Below, one piece after another: positions 55,879-64,000 of a DNA stretch of 64,000 nt. Position 1 is the first letter of the stretch. The number at the start of each line of letters is the position of its first letter. The DNA lies in the IMG/VR virus record IMGVR_UViG_3300020201_000015, positions 25,370 through 89,369 of that record. The stretch is one strand, 5' to 3'. Made by a program: the position numbers and the translations under genes. The DNA comes from a virus. The notes below the pieces were generated by a model, which saw only the letters and a list, made by a program, of their open reading frames with translations, did no database searches and had not been told where the DNA came from.

Positions 55879-57059
55879 TCGGGATCTCCACCGAAGACGA
55901 CGTCTTCGACTCGCATCAGCTGGATGGTCGTCGTGCGATGCGGATTGCGACGATGCGCGACCGCCTCAGCCCAGAACTTGCCGCTAATGCCGAACTCGTC
56001 GTCATCGACCTCGAACACCACGTCGGGCGCTGGGATCGACATCTCGCCGTTGTACAGGTTGGGCAACGCGTGCCCTGCGATCGTGTACGAGAGCGACCAT
56101 GCGCCGCGGCGCGCCTCGATGATCTTGCGACGAGCCAGGAACTCGGCCTGCTCGATGGTCTTGCTCTTTGGGTCGGAGATGCACAGCGGGCGGTCGAAGC
56201 CCCAGCCAACCATCTCCTGGTCCTCGTAGGATGCGAAGATCTTGGTGCGCGCATCGGCGGCGCCGCCGGCTCGCGAGTGAACTTCGCAGCGAGAGAATCG
56301 CGCGGTCGGCTCGTTCTTGTACTCGCCGTCGATGATGTTCGTCTTGCCGTTGCGCCGAAACAGCCGAAAGGTCGGCTGCTGCGCCGTGTTCGGCGTGGTC
56401 AGCATCACGGTCCCATCGCCAGCGGCCCACAGGAACAGGCCAGCGCGATCCATCTCTGGCTTGAGAAAGTCCGACAGCCAACGCTGACCCATCTTCAGCT
56501 GTAGTTTCTTCGACTGCGCAGCCTTGGACGCGAGCTTCAATTCGAATCCTAGCCCCCTGGCAATCACGCGCGCGAGCGCTACGGGCCCTGAGTCCTGCTC
56601 CACGGGCGCCTTCGTAATGGCCTTGCGGTTCGCCTCGTTGGAGAAGATGACCGTCGGCGCGCCGGAAAGGCCGTATGCCTCTGTCATGGCAGCGTTGACG
56701 AGGTCGAGAAACGACGCGTCCGAGAATCCCTGCTCGGTGCGCGCGAAGGCGTCGTTGAGCGTCGCTAGCGTATCGCGGCCGCGGACCGAGCAGCGATTGC
56801 CTCCCTCTCCCTTGCCGAGCGTGTAGCCGTCGCTGCGGCCCGAGAACTGGGCAGCGCCGCCGATGCGAAGCTCGAACGGCGTGCCTGGTACCCAAAGCTC
56901 CGCGAGCTCGCGGACGGGCACCGCTGCGCCGAGCGTCAGGCAGAACGCCGCAGGCTGTTGGAGGATGCCGAGAATGACCTCGTAGCTCTCCGAGTACAGG
57001 ATCGGGATACCGTCCGAGACCAACTCGATTCGGTTGGCTTCTTCGTCGAATCGCGCCAT
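55875..57059 (-). CDS. baseplate hub (Mu gp44/gpP-like)
   Basis: SVRGRD..L.D, GLFLWAAGDG, RFSRCEV. Confidence 0.75.
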   Translation of the reverse strand: MARFDEEANRIELVSDGIPILYSESYEVILGILQQPAAFCLTLGAAVPVRELAELWVPGTPFELRIGGAAQFSGRSDGYTLGKGEGGNRCSVRGRDTLATLNDAFARTEQGFSDASFLDLVNAAMTEAYGLSGAPTVIFSNEANRKAITKAPVEQDSGPVALARVIARGLGFELKLASKAAQSKKLQLKMGQRWLSDFLKPEMDRAGLFLWAAGDGTVMLTTPNTAQQPTFRLFRRNGKTNIIDGEYKNEPTARFSRCEVHSRAGGAADARTKIFASYEDQEMVGWGFDRPLCISDPKSKTIEQAEFLARRKIIEARRGAWSLSYTIAGHALPNLYNGEMSIPAPDVVFEVDDDEFGISGKFWAEAVAHRRNPHRTTTIQLMRVEDVVFGGDPE

Positions 57060-57946
57060 CAGACCCTGAGCGTCGTGCCCTCGGGGATTGCGAACGCGTC
57101 GTCGATGACGCTGCGATTCGACTGGAGAATGTCAACGGCGTGCGACGTGTCGCCGAACACGACGATGGACACCTCGGTGACCGACATCTCGGACGTCGTG
57201 ACGTACGACGTAGTCGGCGCGATGACCGCGGCGACCTTCTCGCCTGATGAGATCAACGTTGCGCCGAGGTCGCGAAGCGCGCGGCCTACGGCGAAGTTGT
57301 CCGGGTCGCCAAGTTCTGACGCCGATGCTTCGATCTGTTGAATCTTGCTGGTGACGCCAGCGATCTTCGCGCCGAGCTGGTCGCCCGCAAGCTCCACCTG
57401 ATCGAGCACGCCCTGCACCTCGTTCATGGCGCCTTCGATCGATTCGAAGAGGTCGGGCTCCTCCAACTCGAGCGGCGCGATGGCAGCCATGACAAGCTCG
57501 ATCTTGTTGAACAGCGACGAGGATGTCGTCTGAATCACGTCGTCGATGGAAAGCTCCTCCTCGGAGATCTCCAAGAACGACATCTTCATCCGGATGCCGT
57601 CCCGCATCCGAGTCGGGTCCGCCTGCTCGTCCCAATCGATGCAACGCGCATCGATGGTGCCGAGGTGCGGCACGACGAGCGGTCCGATCTCGCCCTTTTC
57701 GAACAGGATTCGGATCTGGTTGAGCGTGTCGGTGAAGGCGAGCGGCCCATGGACTGGGTCGTTGGCCGAAAAGACGGCGTCGTACTCCACGGTGTAGGAG
57801 CGGCGTCCGATGCCCTCGTCCTGCCCACCAGGCGAGCCGGGGTACTCGTGCAGGTGGTGCCGATAGCCGCCCTTGACGCTCCACCTCGTGACGGCGAACC
57901 CCAGCCCGGCGAATGAAGCCGGCTGAAGCTCGTCGAAGGGGCTCAA
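57059..57946 (-). CDS. Mu gpN-like DNA circularisation/tail protein
   Basis: ASFAGLGF, HLHEYPG, GRRS, GPLVVPHLG; follows the tape measure gene. Confidence 0.8.
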   Translation of the reverse strand: MSPFDELQPASFAGLGFAVTRWSVKGGYRHHLHEYPGSPGGQDEGIGRRSYTVEYDAVFSANDPVHGPLAFTDTLNQIRILFEKGEIGPLVVPHLGTIDARCIDWDEQADPTRMRDGIRMKMSFLEISEEELSIDDVIQTTSSSLFNKIELVMAAIAPLELEEPDLFESIEGAMNEVQGVLDQVELAGDQLGAKIAGVTSKIQQIEASASELGDPDNFAVGRALRDLGATLISSGEKVAAVIAPTTSYVTTSEMSVTEVSIVVFGDTSHAVDILQSNRSVIDDAFAIPEGTTLRV

Positions 57947-60294
57947 GGTCTGGCGATGCCTGGTGGCGGGGCGCCACGGCCAGCGGGATCTACGCCGGGC
58001 GTTGGCTGGTTGGTGACGGTCACGTTGATGTTGCCGCCCATCTTGGCGGTGAGGTTGTCAATGGCGGCCTGCACGGCTACCATCTGCGCTTCGAGTTCAG
58101 GCTGCCGAGCAACCTTTTCCTCTTGAGCGCTTTGCTCCTGAAGGCTCTGGCCAATTCTGCCGCCAGACGCCCAATTGCCGGCAGCGCTGGCATACCCACC
58201 ACCGAGATAGTCGAAGACCGACTGCTCCTGGCTTTTTGAATCGATGATCTCGGAGCCGAGACGCTGGACTGTGACCATGCCCTCTGCGAGCGCGCCTTCC
58301 TGCTCTGCTGCCGAACCGCCCATGCTCATGCGAAGTCGGCTGGCGGCATTGCTGCCCTCGTTGAGGGAGCCCTGTGTCGCGATGTACGCCTTGCGATCAG
58401 CCTCCTCGTCCATGCTGTCGAGCGCGGCGCCAGCGGCGAAGCCGACGAGGGCGGCGCCTGCCACGGGGAGGACCTTGCCGACTGCGCCAGCGCCGCCGGG
58501 AACCACGCCTGGGGCCACGCCAGCCCCGGCGCCGCCGCCAATCATCTTCTTCAGCAGCGAGGCCATGCCGCTAGAGATCGCCGTCTCAAGGCCCGCCTTT
58601 GCGATGCTGCCGACGATGGCCAGCGTGATCGCTTTGCCGGGGTTGTCGACGGCCCACGCGATAGCGTGGCTGAGCGCCTCGGCCAGCTTGATGAGGCCAG
58701 GAGCGGCGCGCTCAAGAGCCGGCGCAAGCTTCGCCTGCAAGCCGGCGGTGACGTCGTCCATGCGGTTGTTGAACTGCTGCGCCTTGGCGGACTGAGACTC
58801 CAGCGCCTTACCGAGCGACTCGCGGATCTCGCCCTCGCCCATGGCGACTTTCTTGAACTTGTCCAGCTCTTCGGTCACTGCCTTGAGGCCCGCCGATGTC
58901 GCCTCGGCCTCACTGCCACCGGCAGATCTCGAAGCATTGCGAGCGCGCCGAAACGTGTTCGCAGAGCCCTCGACAGCGCGCGCTCCAGAAGAGTTGTAGT
59001 AGAGCTTCTTGAAACGCTCTGGATCTCCGCCGGTCTTCGCAAGCGCATCCTTGAGGAGTTCTTCCGGGTTGCGGATCATCCCCGTATCTTGGTTTATGAC
59101 GTCGATGCCTTCTTTCTTGAAAGCTTCCATCCGAGCGGGGGTCCGGAACGTGTTGACCATCCCGGATACGCTTGATGCGGCGATGTTCGCCGTGGTCGCG
59201 CCGCCCTTTTGGCGGGCCAATTGAGCAAACGCGCCCATGAGCACGATGTTGTCTTCGGTCTTGCCGTCGAAGGCCGTAGCGGCAACGCTAACCTTCGCCA
59301 TCTGCGTAGCGAGATCCTTGAGTTCGACCGCGCCGAGCTTGCCCTGCCCAGCGATGGATCGCATGACCTGGCCGATTCGCTTGATCTTGTCCTCGCCCTT
59401 CATGTCGCCGAGCACGCTGGAAACGTCGCCAGCTGCTTCGACCATGTCGCCGAGGTCGGTACCAGTCGCGCGTGACAATGCGCCAAGTTCCTTCATGACG
59501 CCCATGCCCGTTTTCAGGTCGCCGGTCTTGCCTACGAATGCCTGAAGGCCTTCCATGGCCTCAGTGCGACTGAACGCGTTTGCGTCGGCCGACTCTTTTA
59601 CGTTCTTCTGGATGTCGGCCTGATCGACACGGATGCGCGAGGAGTCGCCTTCGGCCGCGTTCGGGTTGTAGCCCGAGTTGGACAGGTCGATCGCCCGCTT
59701 CTCCAACTCCACGTTGCGCGCGGCGGACGCGCCAATGTCGAGGTTGACGCCAGCGCCACGGGCCAGCTGCCCAGCGACGCCCATACCGAAGCGCGCTGTC
59801 TGCCCCAGGTTCGACACCGTGCGGCGACCGAACTCGCGAGCGAAGATGTTGCGATTGATCGTCGACTCGCGCTGGCTTGATGCCGCCTTGCGCTTGTCGG
59901 CACGCTCGCTCGCGGCGACGACGCGCATGACGTCTCGCTCTTCTGCGTCGTGAGCCTTCTTGGAGGCGCGCATCCGATCGTCAAAGCCGCGCATGTCGGC
60001 GCGGACGGACTTCTGCCGGCGCCTGTCAGCGTCAGCCGCTGCGCTCGCCTCGAGCCTGGCGATCTGCGCGTTGACGCGGGTGACCGAGCGCACTTGAGCC
60101 TGCGCGCGACGCTCTTCTGCCGCGGCCGATTGCGTCGCGCTACGTGCGGCATCCTGGCCCTGGGCCTTGCCAGAGCGGGCCATGGCTTCGCGCGCTTTGC
60201 CGCCCGCCTTGTTGGCGCGCTGCTCGACTTGATCGAAGCTCCGCGCGACCGATGAGTCGAGCGCTGCTCCGATCGTGATCCGGATCTGGGCGAT
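57943..60294 (-). CDS. tail tape measure protein (probable ATC start at 60294; first ATG at 60183)
   Basis: Long Ala/Gly-rich helical protein, GKLGAVELKDLATQM core, position between chaperones and gpN. Confidence 0.8.
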   Translation of the reverse strand: MAQIRITIGAALDSSVARSFDQVEQRANKAGGKAREAMARSGKAQGQDAARSATQSAAAEERRAQAQVRSVTRVNAQIARLEASAAADADRRRQKSVRADMRGFDDRMRASKKAHDAEERDVMRVVAASERADKRKAASSQRESTINRNIFAREFGRRTVSNLGQTARFGMGVAGQLARGAGVNLDIGASAARNVELEKRAIDLSNSGYNPNAAEGDSSRIRVDQADIQKNVKESADANAFSRTEAMEGLQAFVGKTGDLKTGMGVMKELGALSRATGTDLGDMVEAAGDVSSVLGDMKGEDKIKRIGQVMRSIAGQGKLGAVELKDLATQMAKVSVAATAFDGKTEDNIVLMGAFAQLARQKGGATTANIAASSVSGMVNTFRTPARMEAFKKEGIDVINQDTGMIRNPEELLKDALAKTGGDPERFKKLYYNSSGARAVEGSANTFRRARNASRSAGGSEAEATSAGLKAVTEELDKFKKVAMGEGEIRESLGKALESQSAKAQQFNNRMDDVTAGLQAKLAPALERAAPGLIKLAEALSHAIAWAVDNPGKAITLAIVGSIAKAGLETAISSGMASLLKKMIGGGAGAGVAPGVVPGGAGAVGKVLPVAGAALVGFAAGAALDSMDEEADRKAYIATQGSLNEGSNAASRLRMSMGGSAAEQEGALAEGMVTVQRLGSEIIDSKSQEQSVFDYLGGGYASAAGNWASGGRIGQSLQEQSAQEEKVARQPELEAQMVAVQAAIDNLTAKMGGNINVTVTNQPTPGVDPAGRGAPPPGIARP

Positions 60295-60302
60295 GGCGTG
60301 CC

Positions 60303-60920
60303 TCAGCCCTGCGCGCGCAGGTCGTCAAGAATGCGTGCCAGCAGCCGACGGTCGCCGTCGTGCAAGTGACCGATCGCGTCGGCATCAGCCAGACGGGTCG
60401 ACAGGTCGGATAGATCTTCGGGCGTCGCTAGCCGAAGGAGCGGGGAAAGCTGCTCGGTCAGTTCGGCGTAGCCCTGCCACAGACGCAGGATGCCCTTTTC
60501 TGTGAACGCCACGCCCACGAGGTCGGCGGCCATAGCCTTGAACCAGGAGCGGGTGACATCGTGAGGCTGGCACACGGCTTCCGCCATCACGCCGCGGACG
60601 ATCTGCCCGTTCCAGTGCTCCACGTACGACTCCGAGTTGCGCGACGCCTCTGGGTAGAAGCGGTCGGCGCTCACGGTCGCATTCGCGCGCGCCTTGTCGT
60701 GCGTCGACTCTGAGCATAGGCGCAAGCCAATGCGAACTGGCTCATTCGGCTTGCCAGCCCAGGACTGCGCGAATGCTGACGGCGGCAGCGTAACGACGAT
60801 CGGCGCGTCCTTGGCGCTCACGTGCGCCTCTGTTGGCACAGACGTGACGCCCTTGGCGGAGTCGAGCGCGCTACGGTGAGCGGCAGATATCGCCGGCCGC
60901 GGCCTCACTTGAGACGCCAT
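60303..60920 (-). CDS. tail assembly chaperone-like protein 2
   Basis: Position; resembles 60931-61524. Confidence 0.5.
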   Translation of the reverse strand: MASQVRPRPAISAAHRSALDSAKGVTSVPTEAHVSAKDAPIVVTLPPSAFAQSWAGKPNEPVRIGLRLCSESTHDKARANATVSADRFYPEASRNSESYVEHWNGQIVRGVMAEAVCQPHDVTRSWFKAMAADLVGVAFTEKGILRLWQGYAELTEQLSPLLRLATPEDLSDLSTRLADADAIGHLHDGDRRLLARILDDLRAQG

Positions 60921-60930
60921 TGCACCGACC

Positions 60931-61524
60931 TCACGAGGGGGTTGAGGTGCGGGAAGGTTCGCTCGAAGTGGTAGATGAGCCCGAGGTATAGAGCGACTTC
61001 AGCGCGTCCGAGCTCACAAGCAGGTCGACCAAAGTACGCACCCATTGCCTGCGCGCAACCGGCTGCCACAGCTCGAAAGGGAGTTCATGCCCCTCCGGGA
61101 CGAGCGCGGCTTCGAACACCTTTGAGACCGCTTCGTCGAGCGTCATCGTGCTCAGCCGCGGCGACACCTCGTCTTGCAACGAGGTCTGCCGATCGAAGAG
61201 CAGGAACACGCGCTCGCGGTCGAGCCCGTCTTTGACCTCTGCCACGCTGGCGAAATACGCCTCTTCGACGTCCTGCTTGTCCGGGTCGATCGCTGACTTG
61301 GCGACGATCTCGCAAGCGAGCGCGAAGTCGAACACGACGCTTCCGTGGTCCGCTGGGACACCGGCTGCCTTGGCGGCGGCAGACGCCGCTACCAGGCAAG
61401 CCTCGTGCTCCGCGCCATTGAGCACGCGCAGGTCACACGCCGCTTCCTTGCCATGAAGCGTGGTGAACCTGACGTCCTTGCGACGGGCGCGGGTGCCCTT
61501 GCAGATGGCGGCGAACTTCGACAT
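60931..61524 (-). CDS. tail assembly chaperone-like protein 1
   Basis: Directly after the tail tube; starts MSKFAAI. Confidence 0.55.
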   Translation of the reverse strand: MSKFAAICKGTRARRKDVRFTTLHGKEAACDLRVLNGAEHEACLVAASAAAKAAGVPADHGSVVFDFALACEIVAKSAIDPDKQDVEEAYFASVAEVKDGLDRERVFLLFDRQTSLQDEVSPRLSTMTLDEAVSKVFEAALVPEGHELPFELWQPVARRQWVRTLVDLLVSSDALKSLYTSGSSTTSSEPSRTSTPS

Positions 61525-61889
61525 CAGGTGGCTTCGGGACGGGCACCGCGGAAGGTGAACTGGCCTCTGAGTGAGCCGTTCGCCATCGTCGTATTGAGAA
61601 CGCCGGTGATGAAGCGCCCGTCGGCCTTGTAGATCTTGCCGCCGGCAAAGTAGCCGATGGATGCGTCGGTCTGTCCGAGCAGTGCGTCGATGGCGCCAGC
61701 GTCTTCGCCGGCCTCCGGGATGGCTTCGGTGAACTCGACCGAGCAGGTCACCTTGCCGTCGCTCTCGAAGATCGACTCGTCGGTGATGACCTGCTCGCCG
61801 TTGCCGTTGATGGTCAGCTGGGCCGACTCGGCATAGGCGACCTTGCGCGACCCGAGGTACACGGACGCGTGAATCATGCGATCGGCCAT
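61524..61889 (-). CDS. tail tube protein
   Basis: 121 aa beta-rich ORF after the sheath, ending FTFRG. Confidence 0.65.
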   Translation of the reverse strand: MADRMIHASVYLGSRKVAYAESAQLTINGNGEQVITDESIFESDGKVTCSVEFTEAIPEAGEDAGAIDALLGQTDASIGYFAGGKIYKADGRFITGVLNTTMANGSLRGQFTFRGARPEAT

Positions 61890-61904
61890 GTGGTCGTCGT
61901 CCCT

Positions 61905-61985
61905 TCGTGCTGGGCCTCCGTCCGCGCTCGCCAGATGCGAGCGGCGACGGGCGGCCGATGACTGTTTGGCGCGCTAACGCGCCGG
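61905..61985 (-). other. GC-rich intergenic stem-loops between sheath and tube
   Basis: GGCGCG-ctaa-CGCGCC and CGCTCGC-cagat-GCGAGCG. Confidence 0.45.
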
Positions 61986-61988
61986 GCT

Positions 61989-63494
61989 TCAGATCGTGTT
62001 GAGCTGGCGCGAGACGAAGCCGAGCTGGTGCTGCGTCGGGAGCGGGAAGATGTCCGAGGACGTCATGATCCGCTTGGCCGTGGCGTTCCACTCGCTGACG
62101 GGAGGGAACTGGCGCACCGCCGTGAGGATGCGCTCATCCTGCATGCGAATCAGCTCCTCGAAAACTCGCGAGTTCCAGTGGCGCGGGAAGCCGATGCCGG
62201 CGGGCGGCGTCGGGTCCCCGTCGGCGGGGTTGTCTTGCACGTACTCGTTGGCGACGAGGTACTCGGTGATCCAGATGAACTTCATCCGGTCGCGCCAGTA
62301 GTCAGCGGTCGTGGCCTGACCGACGTCGAGTGTCTTGTAGTCCGGCTCCGAGCCGTTGAGGCTGCGCGTGGTGATTGCGCGGATGGTCACGATCTCGCCG
62401 GCCTCGTTGGTCGTGCAGACCGAAACGCCGTTGTCGAGCGCCGCTTGCTGCACCGGAGTGCTGGGCCGCGACGCCGCGAGCGGGGCGCCCTTGCAGCCCG
62501 GGACAACGTGGCCGTCGAGGTTCCTGTTCGGGTTCGTCGCCTCCATCATGGCGCGGTAGGCCGCCCAAGATGCGGCGATCTCGCCGGCCGGAGTCTCGGC
62601 GTGTTGTGACCACTTCGCCTCGAAACGCTGGTCGTTCAAAGTCGTCTGCGCAAGCGACGTGGTCGCCGCGAGCGTGCCAGTGAAACCGACGACGCTGTGC
62701 TCGAGCCGGCCAACGAGCGGGCCAGCCTTGTCGTCGATCTGCGCCTCGATATCGAGGAGCGAAGCCGAGTCGTTCTGCGCCCACGCGATGCGGTCGAACT
62801 TGAGCGGGTGCAGCGTGGCCAGCATGAGCGCCAGCGGTTCTACGCCAGTTCCACCGGTGAAAGGCACCTGCACGTTTGCGAGGATAGGCGTGCCGCCAGC
62901 AATGGCGACGGTCATGCCAGACGGGCGCAGGACGCTGTCCTGTCGCAGGAAGAGCGCGTTGCCTCGGATGCCAGGGTTCTTGTGGGTCAGCGTCACGACG
63001 CCAGCCGTGTTTGCGGCAGTCACTGGCAACTGGAGGTTGGCGTTGACGACCGCAACGATCGCTTCGGCGGCAAGCGTCACAGTGACTGACGTGGTCGTGA
63101 AGTTGACCTCTACCAGGTCTCCGCCAACGTAGAAGTTGACAGTCCCGGCAAGCGCCCACGATCCAGCGATCGTGATGGTCGAGGTCGCCGCAGCAGCGCC
63201 CACCGCGGCCAGTGGGCAAGCGATGAAGTATCGCGGGCCGCGGGTTCTCATAGCCTTGCGCATCATCCGAGCGGCCTCGCCGCCGGAGCCCGCAACGGCA
63301 TCTGCCTCGTCGAGAGAGAAGACCTCTTTGACCTCCGAGTCGGGCACGATGGTGCCAAGGCTCGGATGCTTGAGCCCGACCACGAGCACCTTCATGGCGC
63401 CGGTCGCGAATGCGCTACGTCCGGCGCCGAAGACGGTCTGGCCGTAGAAGCCGGGCACCTTGTACGAGTCGGAGAATCCTTCGACAACAATCAT
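61989..63494 (-). CDS. contractile tail sheath protein (Mu gpL-like)
   Basis: KVPGFY, G.GGE.ARM, VVTLTHKNPG..GN, QAALDNGV, IRAITT. Confidence 0.88.
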   Translation of the reverse strand: MIVVEGFSDSYKVPGFYGQTVFGAGRSAFATGAMKVLVVGLKHPSLGTIVPDSEVKEVFSLDEADAVAGSGGEAARMMRKAMRTRGPRYFIACPLAAVGAAAATSTITIAGSWALAGTVNFYVGGDLVEVNFTTTSVTVTLAAEAIVAVVNANLQLPVTAANTAGVVTLTHKNPGIRGNALFLRQDSVLRPSGMTVAIAGGTPILANVQVPFTGGTGVEPLALMLATLHPLKFDRIAWAQNDSASLLDIEAQIDDKAGPLVGRLEHSVVGFTGTLAATTSLAQTTLNDQRFEAKWSQHAETPAGEIAASWAAYRAMMEATNPNRNLDGHVVPGCKGAPLAASRPSTPVQQAALDNGVSVCTTNEAGEIVTIRAITTRSLNGSEPDYKTLDVGQATTADYWRDRMKFIWITEYLVANEYVQDNPADGDPTPPAGIGFPRHWNSRVFEELIRMQDERILTAVRQFPPVSEWNATAKRIMTSSDIFPLPTQHQLGFVSRQLNTI

Positions 63495-63497
63495 GGC

Positions 63498-63956
63498 TCA
63501 GGACTCCTTCGACGTGTCGGGAGACGCAGCGGCGCGCCGCGCAGGGCTGGCGGCAACGACGCCAAAGGCGGCTACCTCGGAGTCGATCGCGAACTGCTGC
63601 GACCATTCTGATGTGTCGGCGTCGGTAATGCAGGTGCAGGTCTTCGAGACCCCCGAAAGCATCGGGCACTCGGCCTCATGCGCCTGCTCGGCGCGGTAGC
63701 TAGCCATCGCGGCGGCCCGCGCTGCGGCGAGCTTGGCCATCGGGACCTTGCCGTCGGTGACGATGAACAGGTCGGCGTCTCGGGCCAGCTGGCGATAGAA
63801 CGCCTCGAGCTGGCCAGTCGAGTCGACCACAACCAGATCGACGCCAAACTCGAAGCGGTACTCGCTGCGCGACTGCTGCGCGAGCGCGGGGCCCCGACCT
63901 CGCGTGTCATGGTCTAGCAAGACGCGAATCGCTCCGACGAAAGCTCGGTTCGGCAT
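63498..63956 (-). CDS. hypothetical structural-module protein
   Basis: ORF just upstream of the sheath, with AGGAG at its end serving as the sheath ribosome-binding site. Confidence 0.5.
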   Translation of the reverse strand: MPNRAFVGAIRVLLDHDTRGRGPALAQQSRSEYRFEFGVDLVVVDSTGQLEAFYRQLARDADLFIVTDGKVPMAKLAAARAAAMASYRAEQAHEAECPMLSGVSKTCTCITDADTSEWSQQFAIDSEVAAFGVVAASPARRAAASPDTSKES

Positions 63957-64000
63957 GATCGACGTCAGGCGAGGGGTCTCGCCAATCGGCGCAGCTGGAC

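Noticed and set aside
49007-63494. Tail cluster as an eCIS, tailocin or T6SS
   Set aside because: The surrounding recombination, early, regulatory and lysis genes fit a phage; head genes probably lie beyond the right edge.

Overview
The window looks like a 64 kb piece of a high-GC, contractile-tailed (Mu-type baseplate) phage or prophage. The host is probably a myxobacterium; this is inferred only from a Cys-rich lipoprotein with a Gly/Ser linker and from the GC content. Layout: (1) 1-10966, a leftward arm with degenerate DNA methyltransferases, DUF4942, an Nmad1/DUF1599-like protein, a DRB0094-type RNA ligase, two ParB-like proteins, and Rha-like and XRE regulators; (2) a divergent promoter switch at 10.3-11.2 kb; (3) a rightward arm with a Sak4-like AAA ATPase, a PD-(D/E)xK nuclease, SSB and an ASCH-like protein, then the main finding, an array-less type IV CRISPR-like effector operon (csf1, a probable cas11-csf2 fusion, csf3, cas6) followed by a methyltransferase, an IbrA/IbrB-like pair and a CysH-like enzyme; (4) 28.6-35.1 kb, an early region of small ORFs with three of the four copies of one sigma70-type promoter/leader and three copies of a structured intergenic RNA-like repeat; (5) 35.6-64 kb, leftward tail fibre, lysis, baseplate, tape measure, tube and sheath genes. 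I found no CRISPR array, cas1/cas2, interference nuclease, tRNA, integrase or capsid gene. All calls rest on motif recognition by eye, with no database searches.
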